Source: Camelus ferus
Lineage: Eukaryota
Assembly (NCBI RefSeq): GCF_009834535.1
Contig: NC_045697.1
Location: forward strand, 43,588,001-43,652,000
Direction of reading: 5' to 3'
DNA length: 64,000 nucleotides
The notes below the pieces were generated by a model that had not been told where the DNA came from, ran no database searches, and was given only the letters and a program-made list of their open reading frames with translations. Shown here one piece after another: positions 1-12,362 of the stretch; the first letter of the stretch is position 1, and each line of letters begins with the position of its first letter. A program made the translations under genes and the position numbers.

Positions 1-29
1 TATATTCCCTAAATCTCAGCTTTAGGACT

Positions 30-385
30 GAAGGATTCATGTCCCCAGCTCCTGGGCACGCTGCCCTCCAACAACCTTCAGCTCTCAGCCCTTGGGAATT
101 GCCCTCAGGCTGGCTGAATGCAGCCACCTCACTATAGTCCTCCCCTCTTCCCAGAGTCAACTTGCATTCAGTGACTAGTTGATGCAGGGACATGATAATT
201 CAGCCTCCAAGCCCCAACTGGGGTCAACTGCAAAGGGTTATTGCAGATGCAGAGCTCGCTATGCTGTCAGCCACAGGGTCACCCAACCCATGCTTCTGCC
301 CAGTCCCTCCCCAGCAGGTATTAAACTCCTCAAATGCTAACCTCTGACTTAGAGTCCACTTTCCAGGAGTCCAGCCTGCAACGTC
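30..385 (+). mobile_element. Old ERVL-type LTR fragment (LTR16-like)
   Basis: Resembles the recalled LTR16 consensus (cccaactgggg...caactgcaaagggttatt...ctctgacttagagtc). Boundaries approximate. Confidence 0.5.
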
Positions 386-1709
386 CATTCTGTAGATGTA
401 AACTTTACATTTGCAACTTGTCAAGACTGCTCTCTTCACCGATGCCAATCTCAGCTCAACACAGCGGGCACCTCTCCAGCTTCTGTGCTTCCTCAGCAGC
501 AGTATCACCTTACTGTGCCCTGGATCTCAGGAGTTCTAACCCTCCTACATATGTGCGCTCCGTCGTTGGAGCACTTCCAGTCTGCCTACAAGGCTGGTGT
601 AAGAATTTTAGTATCGTGACTCTGTCAGCATCTGCATTATAGCTTTTTTGTTCATTACTCATCCATGAGATAGCAGATGTTCAAATAAGTTCCCTCCCAA
701 AACCTTACTCTGGGCTTAGGCTCATGAAACCTGGCCCCTACCTCACTTGGGGTAAGTCCTCTCTCACAAGGCTCCCCTGCACCTCATGCAAATAGACTTC
801 TGTCAGACCTGCTGACCCGACGACCAACACAGCTGGTGCCCTCATGGCTTGCCCAGTCCACAGGAGTCACCATCCGCAGCTTGGTGTTCTTTTCTGGTAG
901 GAAGTGAGCATAAATACTCACCTTCTAAACAGAGAGGAGTCTCATTCTGCCCAGTTGATTGCTGTCATTTTCAAAAGACTGAATTCCCAGTTCCCTTTGC
1001 AATCAAAAGAATCATCTAAGCAGAATTCAACCACGGGAGGGGGAATTCAGCACATTTATCATCTGGCCTGTGACCAGTTTCCAGCTGCCCAATAAGGAGG
1101 ACAGGACATAAATTTGCTGTGCTGCCCAAAGCAGGTACTTCAGAACGTCTCTCTTCTCCTTGAGCACAAACCTGGCCTTAGTTGTACCTGCTTCCTGCCC
1201 TCATCTCGGCCAGAACACTTGAGGAAGATTAATTCTCAACCCCAGGATGACTTTCCCTAGTGCAGGAAGTCAGTGGAACTGCCATGTGGAGAAAAGTGGG
1301 TCTGTGCAGACAAGGCTGCTCCCACTGCCCGTCACCTGCCCACAGGGTCTTCCTTCCACTTTCCATTCTGGTTCTCAGCCAAAGAGAGCAGACAGCCCTT
1401 GGAGGAGAGAATAAAGAATAAACTATATCCCAGAGGAATCCCAGGAAGAAACTTACTAGTTCTGGTGAAACCCTGGATCAGCTGGTTTTTAACCCAGGTC
1501 AAATTTGAATCCTAAGGAATTTATCAAATGGATACTTTATGCTTTAAATCTGTGTATCAGCTAGAAAAATGGTTCTCATAATTATAGTACATATCCATAA
1601 AAGGAGGATTTTAGTTCAGGAGGAAAAAAGATTGTGTAAACTGATAAGAGGAAGAACTACCGAGTGTTATTTCATCATGGCAAGTGAATGAGACAGCTGT
1701 CGTTATTAA

Positions 1710-2110
1710 TGTAAGGACGGTGTACCTAGCTACTCCTTATTGAGATCTATGTACCAAGAATTGAGCTAAATTTCTTATATTATCTTACTTAATCTGAATG
1801 GCTAAACCAGCATGAAGGAATTGTACCCCTGTTCACAATAAGAAGATGGGAAGAAGGTAAATCTCAGTGGTAGAGCGCATGCTTAGCGCGCATGCAGGTC
1901 CTGGCATGAGGTCCTGGGTTCAATCCCCAGTACCTCCATTTAAAATAATAGCAATAAACAAATAAACCTAACTACCTCCCCCCTCCCCAAAAAACAGAAA
2001 CAAACAAATAAGAAGATAGAGGTTTGCAGGGATTAAGTCAATTGCCCCAGGTTACACAGCCAGAAAGCCATGGGAAAGGGGATTCTGACTCTGCCTGTAG
2101 CCTCTACTCA
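1710..2110 (-). mobile_element. MIR element interrupted by a camelid SINE
   Basis: MIR core resumes after the SINE (gattaagtcaattgccccaggttacacagc). Confidence 0.6.
1848..2006 (+). mobile_element. tRNA-derived camelid SINE (vic-1 type)
   Basis: A-box ctcagtggtagag, B-box ggttcaatccc and A-rich tail. TSD aataagaagat at 1837..1847 and 2007..2017. Contains an internal aggtcctgg duplication. Confidence 0.9.
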
Positions 2111-2934
2111 TTGGCCATTGGCCACTTTTCACATCTTCATGACAAAAATCAGGACAGACATCCTGCTTTCTCTGCCTTCTGTTGGTAACTATAATCTGTG
2201 CCAGGTCTCGCCCATCCTGAGAGCCCACCTTTTTACCTACTCGGCTGAATTCCTGGGGCCTCCTGTCTGAAGACCCTCACCCCAGCAGCCTGGTTTCTTT
2301 GCAGGTAGGACGCCTATCTGGCAAGCTCACAGTTCCCTTCCCTCAAATTCAAGGCCACTTCATCCTGGACGCACTTCTCAGACGTCGCAGGCCTGTGTCC
2401 TCAGGCTGCTACTCACTCAATATTGGAGACAAATACATAAAAGGTTCCTACTTATTTCCATCTTCTGAGTTTTCAGTAACACCCAATGTAGCTTTCAGTA
2501 ACACCCAAGTCTCATCTGGAATTGAGGACAAACTCCTTCTGACTCAGAGACTTTACTTGCCTGTTTTTATCTTCTTAGATACTCAGTAAACAGTGAGTTA
2601 TTTGCAGGGCATTTCTGAACTCTAGGTATTTTATTTTTCACTAGGCAAGAAATATCTGAGGAGAGACCACCTCCATTCTGAGACGACCGTCTCCTCCTGG
2701 GACGCTTGGGGCCCGTGGACGTGCTGCTTCGGCACTGGCTTCCGCAGGCGTGACTGCTGCTGCTGGAGACAGGACTCACCAGCCACCTGAGAAGAAAGCT
2801 CATCGGGAGCGGATTTGTTTTGCTGACCTGTCCTTGGAAGCCCTTTATACAGTCAGTGCTCAAAATACAGCTGTTGAGTTGAATTTTACCTTTCTCTCAT
2901 CCAGAAACAAAGTCGAGAGGAAACCCATTCTCAA

Positions 2935-3045
2935 AAGTGACCCAACTCATCCTGGTTTGCCAGGCTTTCCCGGGTGTGTCCCTGAAAATCGCGGGTCCTG
3001 GGAGCTCCCTTAGTTTAGGCAAACTGGGATGGCAGGTCTCGCTCT
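2935..3045. mobile_element. hAT-Blackjack MITE (MER81/MER94-like)
   Basis: Degenerate terminal inverted repeats gtgacccaactcatcctggtttgcc ... ggcaaactgggatggcaggtc. Confidence 0.6.
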
Positions 3046-4404
3046 CCCTCTCTGGCTCACGTCCGTCTACTTAAATGTCATTCCTCCCACCCGTCCGAGG
3101 GAATACTCGGAGGAAAGAAGACAATTATCACACATACACATTTGGAGTTTTCCAAAAAAACATAAAATAGAATCTAACATAGGTGTAGACACATAATTAG
3201 CCACAAGATAAACTTTAAAAGAAAACCAGGTTTTAGCCCTTAAGATATTTCCTTTCTATTTCTTTTAAAGAGATAAATACAGTTATCATAACTATTGAAG
3301 ACACAGTAGTTAGGTATCATAGTTGAGGGTGAGATGTTGAGGGTGTAGTTGAGGTGAGATGATGGAGAAAGAAGACCCTTGATTGTGTCCCGTCGTCTCT
3401 TAGAGCTGCCATGTCATGTGAACCAAACAGCACCTGTGTGATTTTAGCAGCATACTGTGCACATGGTTAAAAAATCAATTTTTCTTAAGAGCCAAAGGGT
3501 TAAGGAGAGGTCGCAGGCACAATTGGAGAGCCTAAAAGCCAGATATTATTTTTGCGAGACTATAATAGCCTGGTGATCAGTTCAAGAAAATCACAGTCAT
3601 TCAAGATGATGTCTTACATGTACTGGCTTCTCTGTAAAATGAATTTACCTTTTCATTATTATTTACTGAGTGAGCCAGTATTTCATTTGTATGGATTTTA
3701 TCCAGCAACTAGGGGGAAAAAAACACAGAAAATCTAATAAAAAGATGAAGCAGCTGTACAATATTTTGAGTCTGTATCCTGCCTTTTGAGGTCACATTGC
3801 TGTCTTTTTTATGATGTTCGCTTTAGAAAATGAAAAAAACGTGTACATACGGAGGTATGCATTTTGTGTATTACAAATTCGACCTGACAAGTATAAGACA
3901 TACTTATCAGGAATGACAGCAACAAAATAGTGACAAAAATAAAATCACAACGTTACAGGGTTTATCATTTGAGTAACAATGTAGACTCTTGTCTGCCTGG
4001 TATAGGCATTTCAGTGCTGCCATTTCAGGATGGGTGGTGGGAACACAATACAGTTAGAGCTGGCACGTGGTGCCATTTCCCATGTAAAGTGGGACCTCTG
4101 GAAAGCATGTTCTTTAGCAAATCCTCTCCTCTTGAAAGGGACCATCACTAAAGCCCCAAACTTTCCATTTCTCATCATCCACTGTTAATTCCTAGGAGCA
4201 GGGAGCTTCTCAATTAAACATTTTGTTTATATTATCATTGTATAGTGCTGCCAGCCAGGTCAAAGTTTACGAAAAAGTCTTTAAAAATTAAAATCTCTTA
4301 TGCAATGATTTCCCATCCTGAACACTCCAGGAGGCTGCAGTGTCACTGCAAAGGGTCTATGACTTTACTTTGGATTTTCCCAATTAATAGATACTAAAAA
4401 TATA

Positions 4405-5030
4405 GCCACTGGAAGCAACCCAAGTGTCCATTCACAAATGAGTGGATAAGCAAAATGTGGTACATACATGTAATGGAATAGTAGTCAGTCTTTAAAATGA
4501 AGAAAATTATGACATATACTACAACATGGATAAAACTTGAAGACATTATGCTAAGTGAAACAAACCAGTCACAAAAAGACAAATATCGTAAGATTCCACT
4601 TATATGAAGTACTTAGAGTAGTCAAATTCAAGGAGACAAAAAGTAGAATGGTGACTACCAGGGGCTGGGGGATGGAATGAGGAGTGTTGTTTAATAGGTA
4701 TAGAGTTGCAGTTTCACAAGATGAAAAAAGTTCTGGAGATGGATGGTGGTGATGGCTGTACAACATTGCGAATGTATTTAATACCACTGAAATGTACACT
4801 TAAAAATGGTTAAGATGGAAATTGACACAACATTGTAAACTGAGTATACTTCAATAAAAATATATATATATATTTTAAAATTACACTCTGATCTAGAAAG
4901 TCTGTTGTCCCTGAGTTTATGGGCATCTGTGTAGAAAATAAAATTAACTTCCTACTGACTTCTCAAGAAAAATGGTTATGATGGCAAATTTTATGTTATG
5001 TGTATTTTACCACAATTTAAAAATTGGGGG
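4405..5030 (+). mobile_element. Old L1 3' end (L1MB-like) with a nested younger insertion
   Basis: Typical L1 3' UTR (aacccaagtgtcca...gttctggagatggatggtggtgatgg...tattttaccacaattt). Confidence 0.85.
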
Positions 5031-5071
5031 AAAAAATATAAGCTACTATCATATAAGGTTCCTTAAACTTT

Positions 5072-5110
5072 ATTTATTTATTTATTTATTTTTGGTGCCG
5101 AAACCCGGGA
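5072..5110 (-). pseudogene. Tailed retro-copy of the 3'-terminal 18 nt of mature tRNA-Phe(GAA) including CCA
   Basis: Minus strand reads TCCCGGGTTTCGGCACCA (5110..5093) followed by an (AAAT)n tail, flanked by cct(aa)taaacttt repeats. Confidence 0.8.
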
Positions 5111-7329
5111 CCTAATAAACTTTTTAACACAGCAACAGAGTCCTCATACTGAAAAAGGTCAGAAGCACAGTCTAGTAGGAAAAGTATGGGTGGGAAACAT
5201 AGAAGTTGGGTTTTTATCCTATCTTGGACACTAACCAGCTTTCGGAGCCTAAGCAGGTCATCTGTCTTCTCGATGCCTCAGTCTCTACATCAGATAAATG
5301 AGGAAAGGGCAGTTTACTGAGCAGTTTAAAAATACCCTTCAAAGGAGATAGCTATGATTTATCCAGCCTGCTACCCCATTGCTAGTAACTATTACCCCAG
5401 ATGTGAAATTAGCAATATTCATTTCTCACTTAAGTACCAAATCGAACTGGAGCTATATTTATGAACCCCCAATTCACGGATTAGTGGTGGTCATTCTAGT
5501 CCTATCGCTGGTTGCCAATACTTGACCACGTTGTGGCTCCCTAACTCCTCAACTGCTTTGTGAGCAGTGGAAAGTTTACCTGTTAATGACATGCTGCAGC
5601 ATCTGAATACCTGAAGTGGTATATTCCCTTTTAATCCATGAGCCATCTGGGTGTCTGTACTCCCCAGATCCAGAGTCATGGAGGCAGCCTGAACCTTAAG
5701 GGTCCGTGAGGAAAGAGTCAACAGTATTCCATCCTCACAGGATGCCGGAGTAGAGGAATAAGCTGGGCCACATCAAACCAGGGTGGGAACATGGGACAGG
5801 CGTTGGCTTGTTTCCATACCAGTTATTACCAGACCTCCACTCTCATACACCTATTGCTGATTTCCCCTAATTTGAGAACTGAAGCTAAATCCTAAATCTT
5901 AGCTCAGGCTGAAAATCAAAATTCAAGTTAAAAATCAGCAATAAAATCTGCAGTAATTCTAGGCAATAGTCATCTTTGAAGCAACGTAGCACTTGTCCCC
6001 TTCAAAGATAACTTTCAGAAATTCAATACTAAAAACCTATTTGAAACCACAGCTCTGTGGCCCATCTAGATAGATATAAAATAACATTATTGTTTGTATG
6101 AAGTAACATTAAGGAGGGAAAAATCGAATATAAAATGGTATTTTTAAGACAAAGCAATCGATTGATTATAACTATGCGGAATGCGTATATGCATGTTAAT
6201 GAAGATAGGTTATTTTGAATAACAAAAATGGTTTAATATTTACCATTTTGGGTAAATTTGTTTCAGTTTGGAAGGAAATTAGAAGGGAAGAAAGAGATGT
6301 GCAGAAAGATTCAACATAACTTAAGTGGAACCAGTTTCAAACAAGTGACCCTGTAAGACTAGCACATAAAAAGCTCCCTTAGGAACCTCTGACATTTTTA
6401 GGGTCAAATATCCATACTTCAGTGGCCATTTCATTATCTAAATCCATTGTCATCTTCATCATATGCTCCATCTCCCTTATTTTTGTTGTTCTTGGCTCAC
6501 CCAGATCAGAAGCTGCAAGTAGGCAGAGAACAAAAAGTGCAGCCCCACTGAAAATGGGAAAAAAAGCCCCAGTATTCAGTGGGACGGTATCATCTATCAG
6601 AGCTGGAGGGGTACGAAGCCCATCGTGAGAGTAGGAGCTCTGCCATATGTTAATGCTGACCTTCTCTGGAGCAACGTGCTCTCTTTAGCTTCTACACATG
6701 TCTAATCACTAGGGATTTGTCTAGCTACACGAATTTTTCACATTTGTCAGCTAAATCAGTGCTCCAAATGCACAATGCAGCACTTAGAAACATTATGTGA
6801 ATTTATTAAATTCTCTGGAGGACTTTGGGTCCATAAAGCAGTAAATTGATTACAGGGAGCCGAGGCCATAATATTTTCATCAGCAACAAAAGCAGTCGTG
6901 CTCTCATATTGTCCATGGCACGTGAAGAGAAACTGTTCTTCACTTCACTTAAGCCAGCAGGCTGACACTCACACAGCAAACGAGGAGGCTCCGGGACACA
7001 CCAGCACCATCAGCTGCTTTTAGAATGCCAGATTTCCGGTGCACCAGTTACAAGAACATGTGAGAAATATAAATGGCCTCTTTCTACTCTAGATTTGCCT
7101 ACGAATGCTTTTAGAATTAGCTGTTAAGATCATCTGCCCATTGACTTTACCATGAAATTGTCTATTGACATTGCCATCAAAATGAGGCGCATTAATAGCA
7201 AGCAAAGAGAAGATGCTGGATCGATGGTGATGACATAATTTTGGTACCCAACATCCTTATATGTTGTCTGATGACCACGTGACTGACTACTAACATCCAC
7301 TTCCAAAGAGGGAAGGGACAAGCCTTACA

Positions 7330-7560
7330 TTTTCTTGGGTGTCTCATATGCCAGGCATTATTGTGGGTGCTTTCCCATATGTAATCCTATTTCAAGCATT
7401 GCAACAACCTTGTGAGCTAAGAATTATAATTTCTGTTTTTAAGTGAGAAAACCAAGGCTTATAGTAGTTAAATAAAGTGTCCCAATCACAGAGCTGATAT
7501 GTGGTTAAGCTAGGATCAGAACCAGGCAAAGATGTCCTTGCTCTACAACCCATTTCAAAA
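7330..7560 (-). mobile_element. MIR
   Basis: MIR core: gtgagaaaaccaaggctta...gttaaataaagtgtcccaatcacagagct. Confidence 0.7.
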
Positions 7561-8774
7561 TAGATGTTGCTTATTTCTTCTAAAAGCTTTGACTCTTGCA
7601 AAAAGTAATTGGACATCTTTCTGCTGCTGCATAAGGCAACTTTTACCTGTCTTTCTGGATGAAGAGGAGAGGATGAACCTGGGGGAATCTTGTTAGAGTC
7701 TTGGCACAGGAGGTGTCATTTCCAAGCCTTCACCTAGATTATGACTTTGACCATTTCACTGTGTCTTTGAACCTTCTGTAGGCATCCTGGGAAAGGATGT
7801 GATTATAAAATCCAGGTATGATGAGTGATCATTTTTTAATCTATCACCAGAGTTTCATAAATATCTAAAATGACCACAGTTCTTCCCCGTTTGAAGGGTG
7901 GGAGCACATGAGGCATAATCAGAGGATGAGAAATTCTTACTCCTCTGTAGCCTCTGACTAGGCAAGGTTTCTGTATGAGAGAAGCAGGGACTTTGCTGCA
8001 GAAAGGACCATGGATTTAGGGAATATGGACACCTCTTCTTGCAGCAGAGCCTTTGGGTCTTTAACTGTGATGGAGAAGAAGTAGGGTCTCCATAAGGCCT
8101 GAAAACAGCTGGGCTAAAGGCTAACATGGAAGTAAGGGCTCTGTTTTATTAATTTGTGGATTCCCAGTGCTTGGCAGACTGCCTGGTACAGAGTAGACCC
8201 CCAATAGGTGTTTATTAAATTCAATTGAAATATTAAGATAGCTCAGCAGTTTGTCAAGTTATACATAATGGAGTATTAAAAATTACTTTATGAGTTGTTT
8301 TTAAATGCAGTCATTTGCAAACATAAATGTATTTCATATGTGGTAATTCACAAAGCTAAGTCCAGCACTTCCCAGTTCATCTTAAAGCTGTATATTTAAG
8401 CAACTCTTGACCCTATAGCAAAAACTATTCATTAAATCTGAAATTTTCCTGGCCTATGTGCCTGACCAGAATAGTCCTTCAAAACTGAAATTATCCAGGC
8501 AATACCAGAGCATATAATCAACTTGGAATTAGCTATTTTTTTTGTGCATTTCTTCTTCCCCATACTACTGGCTACAGTTGTATGAATTACAAAGGTTGTA
8601 TCTCCCTCTGAATTTTTTTGCTTATGGAGAGAGATGGTTGGCTTTTTTCCCCTTATTGCTTGTCTGATGCTAAAATCCTATCAATCCTCCAGAAACTAAT
8701 CTAATACATTTTAAGATTAATATTGTGAACTCAAACACAGTCCAAACCCCAAAAGCCTCAATTGTTTCATGAAA

Positions 8775-8793
8775 CAGCACCACCTACTGGCAA
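8775..8793 (-). promoter_or_regulatory. Candidate CTCF site
   Basis: Minus strand ttgCCAGTAGGTGGTGCtg matches 13/14 of CCASYAGRKGGCRS, with an upstream tgtaat module. Confidence 0.5.
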
Positions 8794-10519
8794 AATTGTC
8801 ACATTACACCATCATATTCTCAGCCCTGAAATCCATTCAAAATTGCTGAACTCACTTTCTTTGGGAAATTTTAACAAGTAACTTCACAAACAGAACTGAT
8901 TAGGAAAACTTCAAACTTCATCAGTTTTTTACTCAATCTTACCTTCATGGAAACTACTCCCTGCTAACAATACTTGTTTTAAAAAGAAAAATATCTGATC
9001 TCTACCTTTCTTCATTGACCATAAAGTTGTAAAAGACGAGTTCCCTTCAAGTCTGGCTCAAGCGTCAGATAAATTCAAATCAAGCATTTCATGTCTTTGT
9101 GTGAAATGAGTTCAGCAGTACTATTCCATGTGTAGTAAATACAAAGCACCAAAACTAGCTTTAATAATAATCAAATCGTTTTTTCACTGTGAACACTTAT
9201 TTCTGATCAGAACGTTCATTTAACAAATATTTACTGACCACCCAGGCTTGGGGACACCACAGTGAACAGGATCTTGTCCCCACCCACACAGAGGTTATAG
9301 CCTAGGAGAAAAACAGACAACCCGTACAATATGGTAGGTTTTATTAAGGAGGAAATAGGGATCTGTGGAACCACAGAGCAAGGGCATCTAACATAGTCAA
9401 GGACGATTCAACACAACTTTCTAGTAGGCACTGTTGGCACCCCACCCATCTCCCCTCAACCCACACTGAAAGTCACATGTAGTTTCAATAGATAGTTGTA
9501 GCCACACAGATGGTTTTCCACATCAAGTACCTGTATCTGCCTAACTGAGGACTTCTGCTAGGTACAAAATGGGCCAGCCAAAAGTGTCAGGGAGTTAACA
9601 TCCCAAAAGCAACACTCAATCAGTGAGGGATGGGAGTAGGTATATAAATACCCCAGCTTCCTTGCCCCCTAACAGGTAATTCTGAGCAGTATTCCACTCA
9701 GGCTCTTAAGATGTCCCTATGGAAAGTATTCAATTATTATGTTGATAGAACTGTCAGAATTTCAATAGTCTCTACAAATAGTATCCATCTTTCCCACAAA
9801 TGTTGTGAGATGATTATGAAAAAAGATCAAAGAATAAGGTGGATAATGGACTGGATATCACGTTGTTAAAACTGGAGGATGTGTCTCATAACTTTAGGTA
9901 AGTGGATTCCATTATATTCAAACTAAGAATTAAAATACTTATCTTCTGAGTCCCAGGAAATGGACAAGCCTCCCAGAGACAGGAGTATATGTAGGGAGAG
10001 GGGGATCCAAGTAGAAGGCAAACTTCCCACAGGCAGGCTCACTCCAAGAGAAAAGGAGAGGAGTCCGGGCCATACAGTCAGTGACTCCTTCCACATCCAC
10101 AGTCAGATAAGCGACTCTTCCTCCAGAGAGGAACAAGCAGGGACCAAAAAGGCCGAAGCGTTTACTAGAGGAGCTCCCTTCACACAGAATAAAACATCAG
10201 CAATGGGAAGTGTCCCCGACACCCCCAACCCACACGCCATCCCTGTCAACCACACTTTAACATGGTTTTGTCAGTCCCATGGCTCCTCCACAGCACCACT
10301 GAGTGTAATAAACAGAAACAAAGGCTTTTAATTTCCACACTCCCAATACTCTGTCCAAGTGATACTGGCCTCCAATTCAGACCAGAGTAATCAATTATAC
10401 GAATAGACAATAATCACTGAATCAATGGTCTCGAAGACATTAATAAATGAATTTTAGCCATGAAGTGCCTGCCTATAAAAGGCACTGAAGAAAAGCTGTG
10501 CTTTCTCTTGATTTTTCTT

Positions 10520-10745
10520 TTAACATTTTTTGTACCCTTACCAGGTGCTAATACCATTACACATTTATTAAACCTTCACAATAACCTTAAGAGGTGGATA
10601 CTGGTATTACCCCCACTCCTCAGATCAGAAAACTGAGACCGGTTAGAAAATGTGCTGAAAGCCACACAATTAGTAAGAGTGGAGCCAGGATTCAAACCTT
10701 GGTCAATATTATGCCAAACCCTACGCTGTTATGCACTACCTTATC
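10520..10745 (-). mobile_element. MIR
   Basis: MIR core: cagatcagaaaactgagacc...cacacaattagtaagagtggagccaggattcaaacc. Confidence 0.75.
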
Positions 10746-11559
10746 CTTCTCCTCTAATCATTAAGCTAAATGTAGGTCTTAAAATAAATCATGCAATTTG
10801 CTTTAAATTAGAAATGCCAATGGAACAATGAGCTCTGAAACTCTTTAATGATAATGTAAATTGATTCCAATATTGGTTCATGATTAATTAGCCCTCAAGT
10901 GCACAAACCAAACTCTGCTTGGAACACAAGACCAGAAAAACTAGAAAAGGGAAGAAAATGCTTCCATCTTTTTAGAGAAATCATTGCCAAGTATCCTCCA
11001 CTCTGGAATTAATCCCAGTAATATCACTAACTTTTTGGGTTTCTACTTATCCCTGTTTTCTATATCAGTGAAATTCTCTTATTTCAGTGGTTTTTATTTT
11101 CCATAAGCACCACTTGTGAAATATATACAATTCTGAAAAATGCTACAAGTTGAACATATAGGCAATTCACACTGCAATTACTGGCCCTTACTACTTAATA
11201 TGGTAATTATTTTTCCATGTCTTTAAGTTCAGAAAAGTCAGGGACATATTCCTAGGACCTAAAATGACACTTGACAAATATTAGGAGTTCAAATAACTGC
11301 TTATTTGAATAAATGGATGAATGTCTATGAAATGTTTCTCTTAATGGAAATAGATTGTGGGACCAAGAGTAGCCTCTACATCTGGACTTAAGAGGAATGC
11401 CCATCATCTAAAAATCCTAAGCTTGGTGTTGAATTCATTAGCTAATTGCATCTTTGAGTTGTCTCTTCTTGAAGAGAGGATAAGTTTGTGTTGTTATTTT
11501 GTACTCAGGAAAGTTAAAGTATTTTGGCACTTTCAGAATTGTATGCACTGGGGCAGGGT

Positions 11560-12095
11560 ATGGATGTGTGGCTGGTGTCCAAGTAGTGGAATGTAGTGAG
11601 CTGGGTTCCTCCTTTAGTTTGCTCATTTGCCCAGCAAGCATTCCCACAGATTCTGTCTCTGTGGTAACATATTCATGCTGCCAAGGTCTCTCTTCCTCCA
11701 CCCCCCAACCACAGGGGATGATCGCAGACTCAAGCTGTCTGTTCAAGGCGCCCCATTCTCCTATCACACGATTGGTACAAGGCTTGGCATGTGACCCATA
11801 TTGAGCCAGAGCCCTCCTTTGGGATTCTTCTATGTGGACCTGAGTCATAATGCAGAAATGATTGGAAATCTGGACTTCCGGCAATACTCTTCCCTGAAGC
11901 AAGAGGGGATAAAACAAGGCAGAAATGAGAAACAGAGGGTAGGTCCTCGTGATACCGGGTCCTGGATCTCACCTCCAAGGCCTTAGGTCTGACAGCAACG
12001 TCCTCAGTCCTTTGAGATAACACCTTTCTTGCTTAAGCTACTTTGAAATAGGTTTCTGTCACCTGATGCACTGGAAGAGATCTGATTAATATACC
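11560..12095 (+). mobile_element. MaLR LTR (MLT1-like)
   Basis: Characteristic MLT1 3' end: ttgcttaagctactttgaaataggtttctgtcac...ctgattaatata. Confidence 0.6.
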
Positions 12096-12139
12096 AGGGT
12101 TTTGTCATCACCGGGTAATGTAACCTCCTAAACTTTTTA

Positions 12140-12267
12140 TTAATTTTTTTAATTTTGGGGGGAGGTTATGTTTACTTATTTAATTTTTTTAGAGGAGATA
12201 TTGGGGTTTGAACACAGGACCTCATGCACACTAAGCATGTGCTTTACCATTTGAGCTATACCTCCCC
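12140..12267 (-). mobile_element. tRNA-derived camelid SINE (vic-1 type)
   Basis: Reverse complement of ggggaggtatagctcaaatggtaaagcacatgcttag...gttcaaacccc. Degenerate TSD at 12125..12139 and 12274..12288. Confidence 0.9.
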
Positions 12268-12343
12268 AACATACTCTTACACTTTTTAAACACAATCTTT
12301 CTGGGAAGTTGAAGATGAGTTGAATTCACTACATTCATAATGT

Positions 12344-12362
12344 TGACCACAAGATGGCACCT
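12344..12362 (+). promoter_or_regulatory. Candidate CTCF site
   Basis: tgaCCACAAGATGGCACct matches 13/14 of CCASYAGRKGGCRS. Confidence 0.5.

Noticed and set aside
2471..2508. 22-bp-period duplication tttcagtaacacccaa (similar micro-duplications at 3321..3361 and 23543..23582)
   Set aside because: Only two or three copies each, consistent with ordinary slippage duplications and not arrays.
5093..5110. Primer-binding site of an ERV provirus
   Set aside because: There is no LTR ending in CA upstream and no gag leader downstream. The flanking (TTTA)n tail and TSD fit L1-mediated retroposition better.
11438..11917. 159-aa ORF, the longest in the track
   Set aside because: It lies largely in an MLT1-like LTR, has no recognisable domain and no supporting splice structure.
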